From Candidatus Magasanikiibacteriota bacterium (GTDB lineage Bacteria > Patescibacteriota > Patescibacteriia > Magasanikbacterales > 2-02-FULL-50-9b), in contig CAITMK010000014.1 in NCBI GenBank assembly GCA_903893485.1, positions 2,144-66,143 on the forward strand: a DNA stretch of 64,000 bases, written 5' to 3'. The notes below the pieces were generated by a model that searched no databases, was not told the DNA's origin, and saw only the letters and a program-made list of their open reading frames with translations. Positions 39,689-48,970 of this stretch are shown here, piece after piece (position 1 is the first letter of the stretch; each line of letters begins with the position of its first letter). Both the position numbers and the translations under genes were made by a program.

Positions 39689-40981
39689 TTATTTTTTCAT
39701 CCAGTGAGGCACACCGTCTTCGACGAATGCACTGTGCGCTGCAATATTTTCTTGTTTTTGATCCATTGAGAGATTGAGCGGCGAAATTGACCGCAGAAGT
39801 GCGACAACCGGTGGAAGCACTTCGAGCACGTGATCAATATCTTCGCGCGTAGTAGACGCGCCGAGTGTCATACGAAGCGATCCATGCGCATATTCATATG
39901 GCTTGCCCATCGCCAAAATCACGTGTGATGGATCGAGCGATGTTGAAGTGCATGCCGAACCGGTTGAAAGCGAAATTCCAAATTCATCCATGTAAAGTAG
40001 CGCGGCTTCGCCTTCGATATCTAAAATCGTAAAATTCAAATTATTTGGCAAACGATTCGTCGGATGGCCATTCAAAATTACTTTTGGTACACGCACTTGA
40101 ATTTCGGCCCACAAATAATTGCGAAGTTCAGCAAGACGCGCATTTTCGGTTTCACGTTTTTCTGTTGCAATTTCCAACGCGCGTGCAAGCCCTACAATCG
40201 CAGGAACGTTTTCAGTACCCGAACGAAGTCGATTTTCCTGACCGCCACCAACGATAAGTGGTACAAGTTGTACGCCGCGGCGTACATACAAAATCCCAAC
40301 ACCTTTTGGCCCATAAATTTTAGAACCATTCAGTGTAAGCAAATCAACTTTTAATTCATCAACGTTTAGGTTGAGCGCGCCAGCTGCCTGACATGCATCG
40401 GTGTGCAAAAAAGGCGGATCAATTGGCTTGCGGCCATTGTCTTTTTTCCAACGCTGAATCGCCGCGCCAATTTCTGCAATTGGCTCAATAGTGCCAACTT
40501 CATTGTTGGCATACATAATTGAAATCAAAACAGTTTCCGGGCGAAGCGCTGCAATAATATTTTCAACCGAAACTTCGGCGTGTTCATTCACGGTTGTTTC
40601 AGTAATTTCAAAACCTTCTTTTTTTAAAACTTCAGTTGGAAGCAAAACTGCATGATGTTCGATTTGGCTAGTTATAATATGCTTTCCCCATTTTGCACCG
40701 TACTTGCGGGCAATGCCAAAGAGTGCCAAATTATCACTTTCCGTGCCGCCGCCGGTAAAAATAATTTCTTCTGGACGTGAATGTAAAATTTGAGCGATTG
40801 ATTCGCGCGCGCTTGAAAGCGCTTCACTTGCATCGCGAGAAATTTCGTACAAACCGCTTGGATTACCAAAGTGGTCCGTGAAGTATGGAAGCATCGCTGC
40901 AACAACGTCTGGATGCGTTGGAGTGGTCGCCGCATGATCTAAATATACAATTCGTTTTTCAATTTCAGAAAGTGATTTCAT
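39689..40981 (-). CDS. iscS: Cysteine desulfurase
   Basis: YLDHAATTP, EHHAV, HTDACQ, KIYGPKG, STGSACTS. Confidence 0.95.
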   Translation of the reverse strand: MKSLSEIEKRIVYLDHAATTPTHPDVVAAMLPYFTDHFGNPSGLYEISRDASEALSSARESIAQILHSRPEEIIFTGGGTESDNLALFGIARKYGAKWGKHIITSQIEHHAVLLPTEVLKKEGFEITETTVNEHAEVSVENIIAALRPETVLISIMYANNEVGTIEPIAEIGAAIQRWKKDNGRKPIDPPFLHTDACQAAGALNLNVDELKVDLLTLNGSKIYGPKGVGILYVRRGVQLVPLIVGGGQENRLRSGTENVPAIVGLARALEIATEKRETENARLAELRNYLWAEIQVRVPKVILNGHPTNRLPNNLNFTILDIEGEAALLYMDEFGISLSTGSACTSTSLDPSHVILAMGKPYEYAHGSLRMTLGASTTREDIDHVLEVLPPVVALLRSISPLNLSMDQKQENIAAHSAFVEDGVPHWMKK

Positions 40982-41391
40982 ACTTTTTTGATAAGATCCG
41001 CGACAGTTATTGATTGTAAATATTTTTGAATATACGCATTGATGGTATGAAAATTAGTACGCGTCATGCACACCGATGCGTGAGGACAGCTCACGTCATT
41101 TACAGTAAGACAAGGCACCATGGCCATTTCACCTTCAAGTGCATCAGCGACTTTGAGCACCGTGATTTTGTCGGCAGGCAAAGCAAGTTTATAACCCCCG
41201 CTGCGTCCTTTGGATGCGGTCACCAAGTTTGCCGCACGAAGTTTACCTACAATGCGCTGCAAAAAAAGAAACGAAACGCGCCCACGCTTTGCAAATACTG
41301 ACAACGCCAAACTCTCCCCTTCTTGAAGTTTTGAAAGGGCTGCTAAAAATTGGAGTGCGTAATCGGTTTGTTTGTTGAGGGTTAAGGCCAT
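40978..41391 (-). CDS. Rrf2 family regulator (IscR-like, three Cys)
   Basis: TDYAL, GRSGGYKLA, C-x7-C-x5-C. Confidence 0.9.
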   Translation of the reverse strand: MALTLNKQTDYALQFLAALSKLQEGESLALSVFAKRGRVSFLFLQRIVGKLRAANLVTASKGRSGGYKLALPADKITVLKVADALEGEMAMVPCLTVNDVSCPHASVCMTRTNFHTINAYIQKYLQSITVADLIKKV

Positions 41392-41519
41392 AAATACATA
41401 CCATTCAGGCATGTGAAATACATTACCAGAACTAATTCAGACTGTCAAGGTATGTTATTAATGCGGCTAAAACCAGATTTTCTTGCTTTATTAGCCTAAA
41501 CTTCGTATAGTAATCACAT

Positions 41520-41897
41520 ATGACACAAACAAAAAACCTGATTCGAAACATCTATTTATACCTCGTTAGTGCAATCTCACTTTTCATGATTGTATTTTCG
41601 CTTGTAAGTATGGTTAATTTAGCGCTTCGCACTTGGGTATTTCCGCAAGCTGACTATAATTATTACCAGACTGCACCAGTAGCCATTCCATGCACCCCAG
41701 ACCCAACAAATAAAATTACTTGTCCAACCGCCGAGCAGCAAGCAACTCAAAAAGCGCTTGATGATAAAAATGCCGAACAAAATCGCATTGCGCAGCGCGA
41801 CCGCGATTTAGTACAAGAAATTTCGTTTTTAATCATTGCCATACCACTTTTCTGGTATCATTGGTTATTAATTCGTCGCGACCGCGAAGAAGCCTAA
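41520..41897 (+). CDS. DUF5671-like membrane protein
   Basis: IRNIYLYLVSAISL...IIAIPLFWYHW. Confidence 0.78.
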   Translation: MTQTKNLIRNIYLYLVSAISLFMIVFSLVSMVNLALRTWVFPQADYNYYQTAPVAIPCTPDPTNKITCPTAEQQATQKALDDKNAEQNRIAQRDRDLVQEISFLIIAIPLFWYHWLLIRRDREEA

Positions 41898-41908
41898 ATA
41901 AATTTACT

Positions 41909-41947
41909 CAAAAGTGCGTACGGGCGGTAGCCAATGCGCACTTTTGA
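41909..41947. terminator. Hairpin between convergent genes
   Basis: tcaaaagtgcg...cgcacttttga. Confidence 0.6.
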
Positions 41948-41949
41948 TT

Positions 41950-42516
41950 TTAGGCGTACGAGAGAATCGCCGGCGCCATAAAAGACCGTGTAACCGTTGC
42001 GTCTACAACACCAAGCGAGTAGGCCCCTGTGTCGCGCATGAAGCACGCCCGATACTGAAACGAATTTCCAATATACGTGCAGGAACACACAATTGGTTCG
42101 TCCCAAAATAAATGCGGAAATTGCGCGTACACAAACATGCCCTGACGAATGGTGATACCCTGATCAGGAAACTTACCGCTTTCAAATTGGACCGCAAACC
42201 AATACACGGAATTTTCGTGACTCGGCTCCAAATCAACAGCCAAATACTTTTGCGCACCAAGCGGAAACCAGATGGTCAGCTGACGGCACATATCACGAAA
42301 AAACATACGCTCATCGGCTAAAATGAGATGTGCTCCTGCGTGCTGCGCCGCAAAAAATAACTCCTTGGGAATCTCGGGAATCGAGAGAAGGTACTTTTGG
42401 AACGGCTGCCGCGCGCCAGGCCACCCACAATCATGCAACCGTTGCGCACGCTGCACGCGAAGTTCGTGACGATTTTGCACCGCGGTACCGAGAGAAAGTT
42501 TGGTTACCAATTCCAT
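41950..42516 (-). CDS. Orphan protein, possibly DUF5701-like
   Basis: AGGAG SD; RLHDCGWP...LILAD...YWF...ITIRQGMFVYAQFPHL pattern. Confidence 0.65.
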   Translation of the reverse strand: MELVTKLSLGTAVQNRHELRVQRAQRLHDCGWPGARQPFQKYLLSIPEIPKELFFAAQHAGAHLILADERMFFRDMCRQLTIWFPLGAQKYLAVDLEPSHENSVYWFAVQFESGKFPDQGITIRQGMFVYAQFPHLFWDEPIVCSCTYIGNSFQYRACFMRDTGAYSLGVVDATVTRSFMAPAILSYA

Positions 42517-42595
42517 GACGCACTCCTATGAACTGAAGGATAGTTCTATTAACCGGGTTCCACGCTTTCCAAAAACTGTCAAGTGTGATTAAATT

Positions 42596-43249
42596 GTGAG
42601 TATGTTACTCACACTTCTCGAAAAAAAGATCCTCACCGAGGATACCCGTAGCTTTACTTTTGCAGCAGAAGGCCCTTTTTTATTTGAACCAGGCCAATTT
42701 ACCATGCTCAGCCAAATAGGTGCAGCACCCAAAGATCGCCGGGCATTTTCCGTGGCAAGCGCGCCAAATGCCTCAACTTTAACTTTTTTAGTCACTTACA
42801 AACCAGAGGGTCATGTTTCAGGTTTTTTAGAAACCGCAAACATCGGCGCTCAAATTGAAGCTCAAAAACCAATTGGACGTTTTGTACTAAACCCTCAGGA
42901 CACGGCTCGAGTTTTTATTGCAACTGGCACAGGCCTTGCGCCAATGATTAGTTTTATTGAAAGCGACACGCCAAAAATTCCAACTACCATTTTATTTGGC
43001 GTTCGAAATGAATCACGTTTGTTTTGGACGGATAAGTTACCCGTGGATGCGCTCATCACGCTTTCGCAACCTTCAAATACTTGGAGCGGCCTAAAAGGAC
43101 GCGTCACAAATCATACAGCTGATTTAATTACAAAAAACGCAAATGCCGCTTGGTACATTTGTGGAAACCCTGAAATGGTAAAAGAGGTTCGCGCCGCACT
43201 ACTTACAGCTTCAATACCAACGGCAAATATTCACTTTGAGATTTACTAA
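42596..43249 (+). CDS. Ferredoxin--NAD(P)+ reductase-like FAD oxidoreductase
   Basis: FEPGQF, RAFSVAS, GHVS, IATGTGLAPM, YICGNPEMV, FEIY. Confidence 0.92.
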   Translation: MSMLLTLLEKKILTEDTRSFTFAAEGPFLFEPGQFTMLSQIGAAPKDRRAFSVASAPNASTLTFLVTYKPEGHVSGFLETANIGAQIEAQKPIGRFVLNPQDTARVFIATGTGLAPMISFIESDTPKIPTTILFGVRNESRLFWTDKLPVDALITLSQPSNTWSGLKGRVTNHTADLITKNANAAWYICGNPEMVKEVRAALLTASIPTANIHFEIY

Positions 43250-44373
43250 ACAATACTTAAATACAAACTCTCAATTGAATTTACCATGTGATTCAGTGTA
43301 AATTCTTCTGGCAAGCCTGGCATAAGATGCGGTGGATTCAATAAAATCTCAGAGATTTTTTCTGCTAACAATTCTGGAGAATGCGAAACCACCAATTGCA
43401 TTCCAGGACCTTCGCCAATTTCCGCAACACCACCAACGCGCGTTGCAACAATCGGGACGCCAGCTAATTTTGCTTCAAGCAAAACATATGGCAGACCTTC
43501 TTTGGTTGATGACAGGCAAATTACATCGGCACCTTTGATATGCGAAACCGCACCAGCCCGCTGCCCTGCCATAAATACGGTCTTAGCAAGGATTGGCACT
43601 GCCTGAATAAGCGCTTCACATTTTGCGCGTTCTTCGCCGTCACCGATAATTAAAAGCCGCGCTTTTGGATCTCTACGAACCACAAATTCAAATGAACGAA
43701 TCAAGAGCGGAATATTTTTTGGTGGGTACAAATTTGCAATCGCAACTGCCAAATGCGCGTCCGACAAATTCGCTCCAGCCCAGCGAGACATTTCTGCACG
43801 CGCATTCGATCGCGACAAAAACGCATCCGTGCTTTGAAGTGCAATACCATTATGTATGGTAATAATTTTTTTTGGTTGCACAATCCACGCTTTAATTGCT
43901 GCCTCACGATCACTATCTGAAACCGCAATAACGCGATCTCGAAAAATAGATGCAAACCATTCCACGCATCTATAAAACCATTGTTTTTTTAATGAAATAT
44001 TTTCTCGAAATACAAATCCGTGTGCGGTATACACAACATGCGCCCCAGCAATCTTGCCCGCAATTGAAGCGATAACTCCAGCTTTTGAGCTGTGACAATG
44101 TACCACATCTGGTTTTAATTTTCGGACAAGCCGATAGAGTTCAACTAGTGCGCGAATTTCTGATACAAATGAAATATCTCGAATCAAATGTGGAATCCGA
44201 ACAACAGCAATGGTGGAATTTGCCTCATAGAGCGCTGATTCGAGCGCCATTTGAGTTCCACCGATCGCAACCGTCACTTCATAGCCGCGTGCTGCAAGTT
44301 CCGCTGAGGTATCCAAAACATGACGCTGCGCGCCACCAAGATCCCCCAGCGTAATTACCATTAAAATTTTCAT
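43246..44373 (-). CDS. Glycosyltransferase family 4
   Basis: GGAQRH, HCHSSKAG, EGLPYVLLEA. Confidence 0.93.
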   Translation of the reverse strand: MKILMVITLGDLGGAQRHVLDTSAELAARGYEVTVAIGGTQMALESALYEANSTIAVVRIPHLIRDISFVSEIRALVELYRLVRKLKPDVVHCHSSKAGVIASIAGKIAGAHVVYTAHGFVFRENISLKKQWFYRCVEWFASIFRDRVIAVSDSDREAAIKAWIVQPKKIITIHNGIALQSTDAFLSRSNARAEMSRWAGANLSDAHLAVAIANLYPPKNIPLLIRSFEFVVRRDPKARLLIIGDGEERAKCEALIQAVPILAKTVFMAGQRAGAVSHIKGADVICLSSTKEGLPYVLLEAKLAGVPIVATRVGGVAEIGEGPGMQLVVSHSPELLAEKISEILLNPPHLMPGLPEEFTLNHMVNSIESLYLSIV

Positions 44374-44454
44374 GATTAGGAAATAGTATACCCTACGGGC
44401 GCTGATGTGTGCCATACCACCAAGCGCCCGCAAAATATTCCCCCCTTACAATAA

Positions 44455-44605
44455 TGCGAGATATCCTCCGTCTTACAAGCTGTCCCCAGGGATTTTCCAG
44501 CAATTCCCCTCCTTGCCAAAAAAACCGTGCGCGTTGATCTCGGCAACGCGGTGAACAAAAGTTCATCAGACCGCCCCCCTCCTTTGCATACGGGGTCTTT
44601 TTTAA
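44455..44605 (+). ncRNA. Candidate sRNA with three CCUCC motifs
   Basis: TACAAT at ~44447-44452, hairpins, agacc...ggtct plus T-run terminator, CCTCC at 44465, 44508 and 44578. Confidence 0.3.
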
Positions 44606-44711
44606 AAAAATGACCGCTCAAACAAAGTTTCTGGAGCGACTTAACCTTAACACAAATGGCGCCCTTTTTCAAGGGCGCCACGATCACAACTTATCCCTGG
44701 GGAAAAGTGGA

Positions 44712-44993
44712 TTATTTCAACTTCTTAGCCAGCGAATTTAAAGCTTTTTTAACTTCGGCGTGACCTGCTGATTTATCCCAACTCTTAAGTGCTGCTGACA
44801 CATCTTTCTTGATATTTTTAATACCATCTGGATGTCCAGCTGCATATTCTTTTTGGATTTTGCCCCACACGTCTTTAATTTTTTCTTCGATTAAAGCCTT
44901 TTTTTCTTTACCTTTTGGCGTTGTCTGCATCCAAACAGACAAAGCGCCCACAAGACCTCCAAGAGCGACGCCCTTTAAAAATCTTTTACCCAT
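44712..44993 (-). CDS. YtxH-like protein
   Basis: FLKGVALGGLVGAL....TPKGKE. Confidence 0.75.
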   Translation of the reverse strand: MGKRFLKGVALGGLVGALSVWMQTTPKGKEKKALIEEKIKDVWGKIQKEYAAGHPDGIKNIKKDVSAALKSWDKSAGHAEVKKALNSLAKKLK

Positions 44994-44998
44994 AGATT

Positions 44999-45772
44999 TT
45001 ATTTTGCAAGTGCGCGATCAACATATGCCTTTGCGCTATCGTATGAAAGCGCGCCTGGCATAAGTTCGAATGAACCATCAGCTGCTACAACAAATGTAGC
45101 TGGAGTACCCTGAACACCGATATTATTACCTTCCTGCTGCATTGCAGCAACCTTTGACGCAAATTTGCCGCTCTTAACACAAGCATCAACCGCTGCACGA
45201 TTTACGCCAACTTTAGCTGCAGTATCAAGGAGCATTGAAGCGCTCAGTGATTCCTGATTGCCAAATATTACTGTTGCAAACTTCCAAAATGCTGTGTTAC
45301 CACCAAGACTTGTTACACATTCAGCGGTTTGAGCTGCTTGTTGTGCAAATTGGTGAATAGAATCAAGTGGAAAATGACGGTACACAAGGCGAACCTGACC
45401 ATTTGAGCTGTCAACTAACTGTTCTGCGGTTGGAAAAAAACTCTTACAAAATGGGCACTGCAAATCTGAGTATTCAACCAAAGTTACTTTTGCATTTTTG
45501 TTACCGTATAAATGTTCATCGGCGCCAACAGCTGCGGGAGCTTTGGTCGTAGGCTGAGCACCGGATGGTGCTGCAGCAGATGGGCTTGGAGCCGCACCAT
45601 TTGCCTGATCACCATACGTGGTGCTGTAATCGCCACCTTTATGAAGCGTGATGCCAAGTAAAATGAAAAAACCAATCGTACAAAGTACTAAAACGCCACC
45701 GAGCAATCCTCCCCAAAATAAAACGCGTGGTGGCAAAGCGTCCATCCAAGATTTCTGTTCTTGTGTGTCCAT
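44999..45772 (-). CDS. DsbA family thiol oxidoreductase
   Basis: EYSDLQCPFC, RHFPL, GVQGTP; N-terminal TM. Confidence 0.92.
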   Translation of the reverse strand: MDTQEQKSWMDALPPRVLFWGGLLGGVLVLCTIGFFILLGITLHKGGDYSTTYGDQANGAAPSPSAAAPSGAQPTTKAPAAVGADEHLYGNKNAKVTLVEYSDLQCPFCKSFFPTAEQLVDSSNGQVRLVYRHFPLDSIHQFAQQAAQTAECVTSLGGNTAFWKFATVIFGNQESLSASMLLDTAAKVGVNRAAVDACVKSGKFASKVAAMQQEGNNIGVQGTPATFVVAADGSFELMPGALSYDSAKAYVDRALAK

Positions 45773-45803
45773 ATAAAAAATAAAATGAATTACGTGGCTG
45801 GGA

Positions 45804-46886
45804 TTATAGCAGATTTACAAGTCGCTCTGCAACTTTTTTCCAGTTACCTTGGGCTGCAGCGGCCGCCGGCGCGTGCTCCGCTGCCCGAATCCACCATGGC
45901 TGATCAATAATAAAACTTTCGAGTACCTGCGCAAGCGCGCCAGCATCGCCAGGAGGTACTAATTTACCTACTGAAAAGCCCTGCATCACTGTACTCGTAC
46001 CCGGCAAATCACTCACAATGATTGGCGTACCACAAGCAAGCGCCTCAAGAAGCACCAATCCAAACGTTTCCGAGCTATCAGTTGATGGCAAAACTAACGC
46101 ATGTGCATTTTGATATTCCTGTACGAGCAATTCATCAGAAATAGAACCTAAAAAAGTTACGCGATCTGCGATAGCCAGTTCTTTTGCCCGAAGTTCAAAT
46201 GAAGCGCGCAAGTCACCGTCACCAACAATACGCAAAAAACAGTTATGCCCCGCGGTAACGCATGCCGCAAACGCTTCAAGCAAAATCGGTACACCTTTAA
46301 AATAATGTGTCGTCGCTAAGCGACCAACAAATAAAAATGTAATATCGTTGCCCCATTTTTTAGGAACCGAAAAAAATTTTTGATGAACACCGAACGGAAT
46401 AACTCGAATCTGCTGCGAGGGACCAATCAAAGAATTTGTAGCGAGTGCATCACTACTGACGCGCACGATATCCGCCATGCGCACCGCCGCTCGCAAAAAT
46501 AATCGTTCACACGCAAAAATAATGTTACGCCAACCTGTACCAACGGGGTCCATGTGCAATGTCACCACTAATCGCCCTCGAAAAATAAGTTTCCAAAAAA
46601 TAAGCGGCACCAAAAAACCGTACGCTGGCAACTGCGCATATACCACATCAAAATCGCGCAGATACCAAAAAAGTTGTGGCACAAATCCGCCAAGCGAAAT
46701 CCGTGGAAATCCACGGAGCCGACGCAAAGCAAATGGTACGTCGCCCAAATCACCGCCGGCGAGCGTAAAAACAGTTACGTCAAAAAAATCAGGTAACGCG
46801 ATTGCCTCCGCAGTCGCAGCCGTTGCCATTCCACCTTGGGTTGGCGCAAAAACAGCGCTTACCAATGCGATTTTTTTTTTGGTCAT
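45804..46886 (-). CDS. Glycosyltransferase family 4
   Basis: FVGRL...KGV, ETFGLVLLEALACGTP. Confidence 0.93.
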   Translation of the reverse strand: MTKKKIALVSAVFAPTQGGMATAATAEAIALPDFFDVTVFTLAGGDLGDVPFALRRLRGFPRISLGGFVPQLFWYLRDFDVVYAQLPAYGFLVPLIFWKLIFRGRLVVTLHMDPVGTGWRNIIFACERLFLRAAVRMADIVRVSSDALATNSLIGPSQQIRVIPFGVHQKFFSVPKKWGNDITFLFVGRLATTHYFKGVPILLEAFAACVTAGHNCFLRIVGDGDLRASFELRAKELAIADRVTFLGSISDELLVQEYQNAHALVLPSTDSSETFGLVLLEALACGTPIIVSDLPGTSTVMQGFSVGKLVPPGDAGALAQVLESFIIDQPWWIRAAEHAPAAAAAQGNWKKVAERLVNLL

Positions 46887-47239
46887 ACCAAATCTTCTTT
46901 TTTTTCTTCAGCATTCAGCAGCGCAATTTCAGTCACCAAACGCGTCATGATATCTTCTTGACGCTCCAAACGAATTAAAATTCTGAGCACAATAAAAAAT
47001 AAAAGTGCAACTGAAATATACAGCGCTGCATCAACACCACGACCCACACCAATTTTTTGTGAGACCACGGTTGCGTAATTTGGAAACCACACAAAAAACA
47101 AAAAGCCTAGCGCGCCCGCAAACCAAACAGCCGCAAACATAATACCCATGCGTCGTGCGGCAGTGCGAGTAAAAATATTATAAATCGCAAAAAGCGCAAT
47201 AACCGAAAGTAAAATTTGAATAACCGAAGGTCCGTGCAT
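46883..47239 (-). CDS. DUF2304 family membrane protein
   Basis: IGVGRGVD...LVTEIAL; follows a GT2 gene. Confidence 0.85.
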   Translation of the reverse strand: MHGPSVIQILLSVIALFAIYNIFTRTAARRMGIMFAAVWFAGALGFLFFVWFPNYATVVSQKIGVGRGVDAALYISVALLFFIVLRILIRLERQEDIMTRLVTEIALLNAEEKKEDLV

Positions 47240-47240
47240 A

Positions 47241-47894
47241 TTAGGAAAAACTTTTAAGTACCAAACGCCACGCGGTACGGAATCCTTCAAATAAATTTTG
47301 GCCTTTGCTCATGGAGTATTCGGTATACACAATCTGAATGGGAATCTCAACAACTTTTGCATGAACACGATGTGCCTCCGCAACAATTTCGGATGAAATT
47401 TCCATGCGCGATGACGTTAAATGCATGCGACGAAGTGCTGACACCGAAATTGCACGAAAACCAGATTGCGTATCAACGAGCGCTGAACCAAATAAAATTC
47501 GTGTAAGAAGTGCGCCCAACCCGTTATACCACTGACGAATGGGCGGCATATGATTTGCTTGGCGGCGACCAATGATTATGTCTGCTCCCTGACCCAAGGC
47601 CGTAACAAAAGCTGCAATATCCGCACCAGTGTGCTGCCCATCGCTATCCATGGTAATTACCGAGTCAAAACCAAAACGCTGTGCATACAAAAAACCAGTG
47701 CGCAGCGCCGCACCCAAACCACGATTAATTACGTGGGTAACCACGCGAGCGCCACATGCGGCCGCAATTTGGCCCGTTGTGTCGCCAGAGCCATCATCAA
47801 CCACTAACACTGCCGATCCAGCCGGAATCGTCTTTAAGACGCTTGCGATGGTTCGGGCTTCATTATATGCAGGAATGATGATGAGAGTCTTCAT
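47241..47894 (-). CDS. Glycosyltransferase family 2 (DPM1-like)
   Basis: IPAYNE, VDDGS, NRGLG, DSDGQH, DTQSGFR. Confidence 0.93.
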   Translation of the reverse strand: MKTLIIIPAYNEARTIASVLKTIPAGSAVLVVDDGSGDTTGQIAAACGARVVTHVINRGLGAALRTGFLYAQRFGFDSVITMDSDGQHTGADIAAFVTALGQGADIIIGRRQANHMPPIRQWYNGLGALLTRILFGSALVDTQSGFRAISVSALRRMHLTSSRMEISSEIVAEAHRVHAKVVEIPIQIVYTEYSMSKGQNLFEGFRTAWRLVLKSFS

Positions 47895-47912
47895 AAGAAG
47901 GCCATTCTACCC

Positions 47913-48926
47913 TTACCCGCCTTCGTACGCAAGCCGGTGGCGATTAGCTGTAACATAGTCGATCATGCGCTGTAAACCATTATCAAGGCGCATCAGCGGC
48001 ATCCAACCGATCGCTTCTTTCGCATAGGTGATGTCTGGCATTGGGTGTTCTGATAAAAATTCGAGTGGCTGTTCGTATAGTATTGGCACTGTAGTACCCA
48101 AAAGTTTATTCACACGTGCTGCAACATCTTTCATGTAAAATTCTTCATCACCACCAATATTTACTGGCCCAACACCCGCAGGTACTTTTGCTAATTTGAT
48201 AAGCGCAGAAACCGCGTCTGTAACATATAAAAGTGACGTGCGAAAATTTTCCGTGCCATAAATTTTCATTGGCTCACCATCCATGGCTGACAAAACAAAT
48301 TCTGTAATCATCTGATCATCGAACATTTTAAGTCGTGGGCCGTAGGTGCGGAACAAACGCGCGATGCGCACATCAACACCAAATGTGTCTGCATAAATCG
48401 TAAGCATTGTTTCGGCAAACCGCTTACTTTCATCGTAGGCGGCGCGACTTTGCAAATGATTGGTAATGCCCACATCAGATTCCTTGACCGCCACATCTGA
48501 ATACCGCTGGCCATAAACAGTTGAAGACGATGCAAAAATAACTTTCGCCTTATACTGCATTGCAAGCATGAGCATGTTTTTGATACCAACACTGTGCGCA
48601 TCCAAAATTGGCACGCGCATGGCACGAAAATTGCGCACGCTCATAGGACATGCTAAATGATAAATTTCTGAAACACCATGCACGCTCATTTTGAAACGTT
48701 CGTACACAGGTAATGTTGATAAATCAAGCGGCTCAGTGATATCGTGTTTAATAAAAACAAAATCCGGATGCGCCAAAAGTTGTTCAATATTTGCTGAAGT
48801 GCTACTTGATAAATTATCAATGCAAATTACTCGCGCATCATCGAGTAATGATTCGCAAAGATGCGAGCCAATAAAACCGGCCCCGCCCAAAACAATTACG
48901 GTGCGTTTTTGTGTGCTATCTGCCAT
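47913..48926 (-). CDS. NAD-dependent epimerase / UDP-glucuronate decarboxylase-like
   Basis: GGAGFIGSHL, HLACP, YDESKRFAE, TYGPR. Confidence 0.88.
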   Translation of the reverse strand: MADSTQKRTVIVLGGAGFIGSHLCESLLDDARVICIDNLSSSTSANIEQLLAHPDFVFIKHDITEPLDLSTLPVYERFKMSVHGVSEIYHLACPMSVRNFRAMRVPILDAHSVGIKNMLMLAMQYKAKVIFASSSTVYGQRYSDVAVKESDVGITNHLQSRAAYDESKRFAETMLTIYADTFGVDVRIARLFRTYGPRLKMFDDQMITEFVLSAMDGEPMKIYGTENFRTSLLYVTDAVSALIKLAKVPAGVGPVNIGGDEEFYMKDVAARVNKLLGTTVPILYEQPLEFLSEHPMPDITYAKEAIGWMPLMRLDNGLQRMIDYVTANRHRLAYEGG

Positions 48927-48970
48927 ATTTCAAAAAATAAGAACGTGCAAACACTATATACCAAAATGCG

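Noticed and set aside
44480-44712. Replication origin (DnaA-box-like TTATCCCTG, TTTTCCCCA, TAATCCACT)
   Set aside because: No perfect TTATCCACA, no dnaA/dnaN nearby, and gene strand bias does not switch here.
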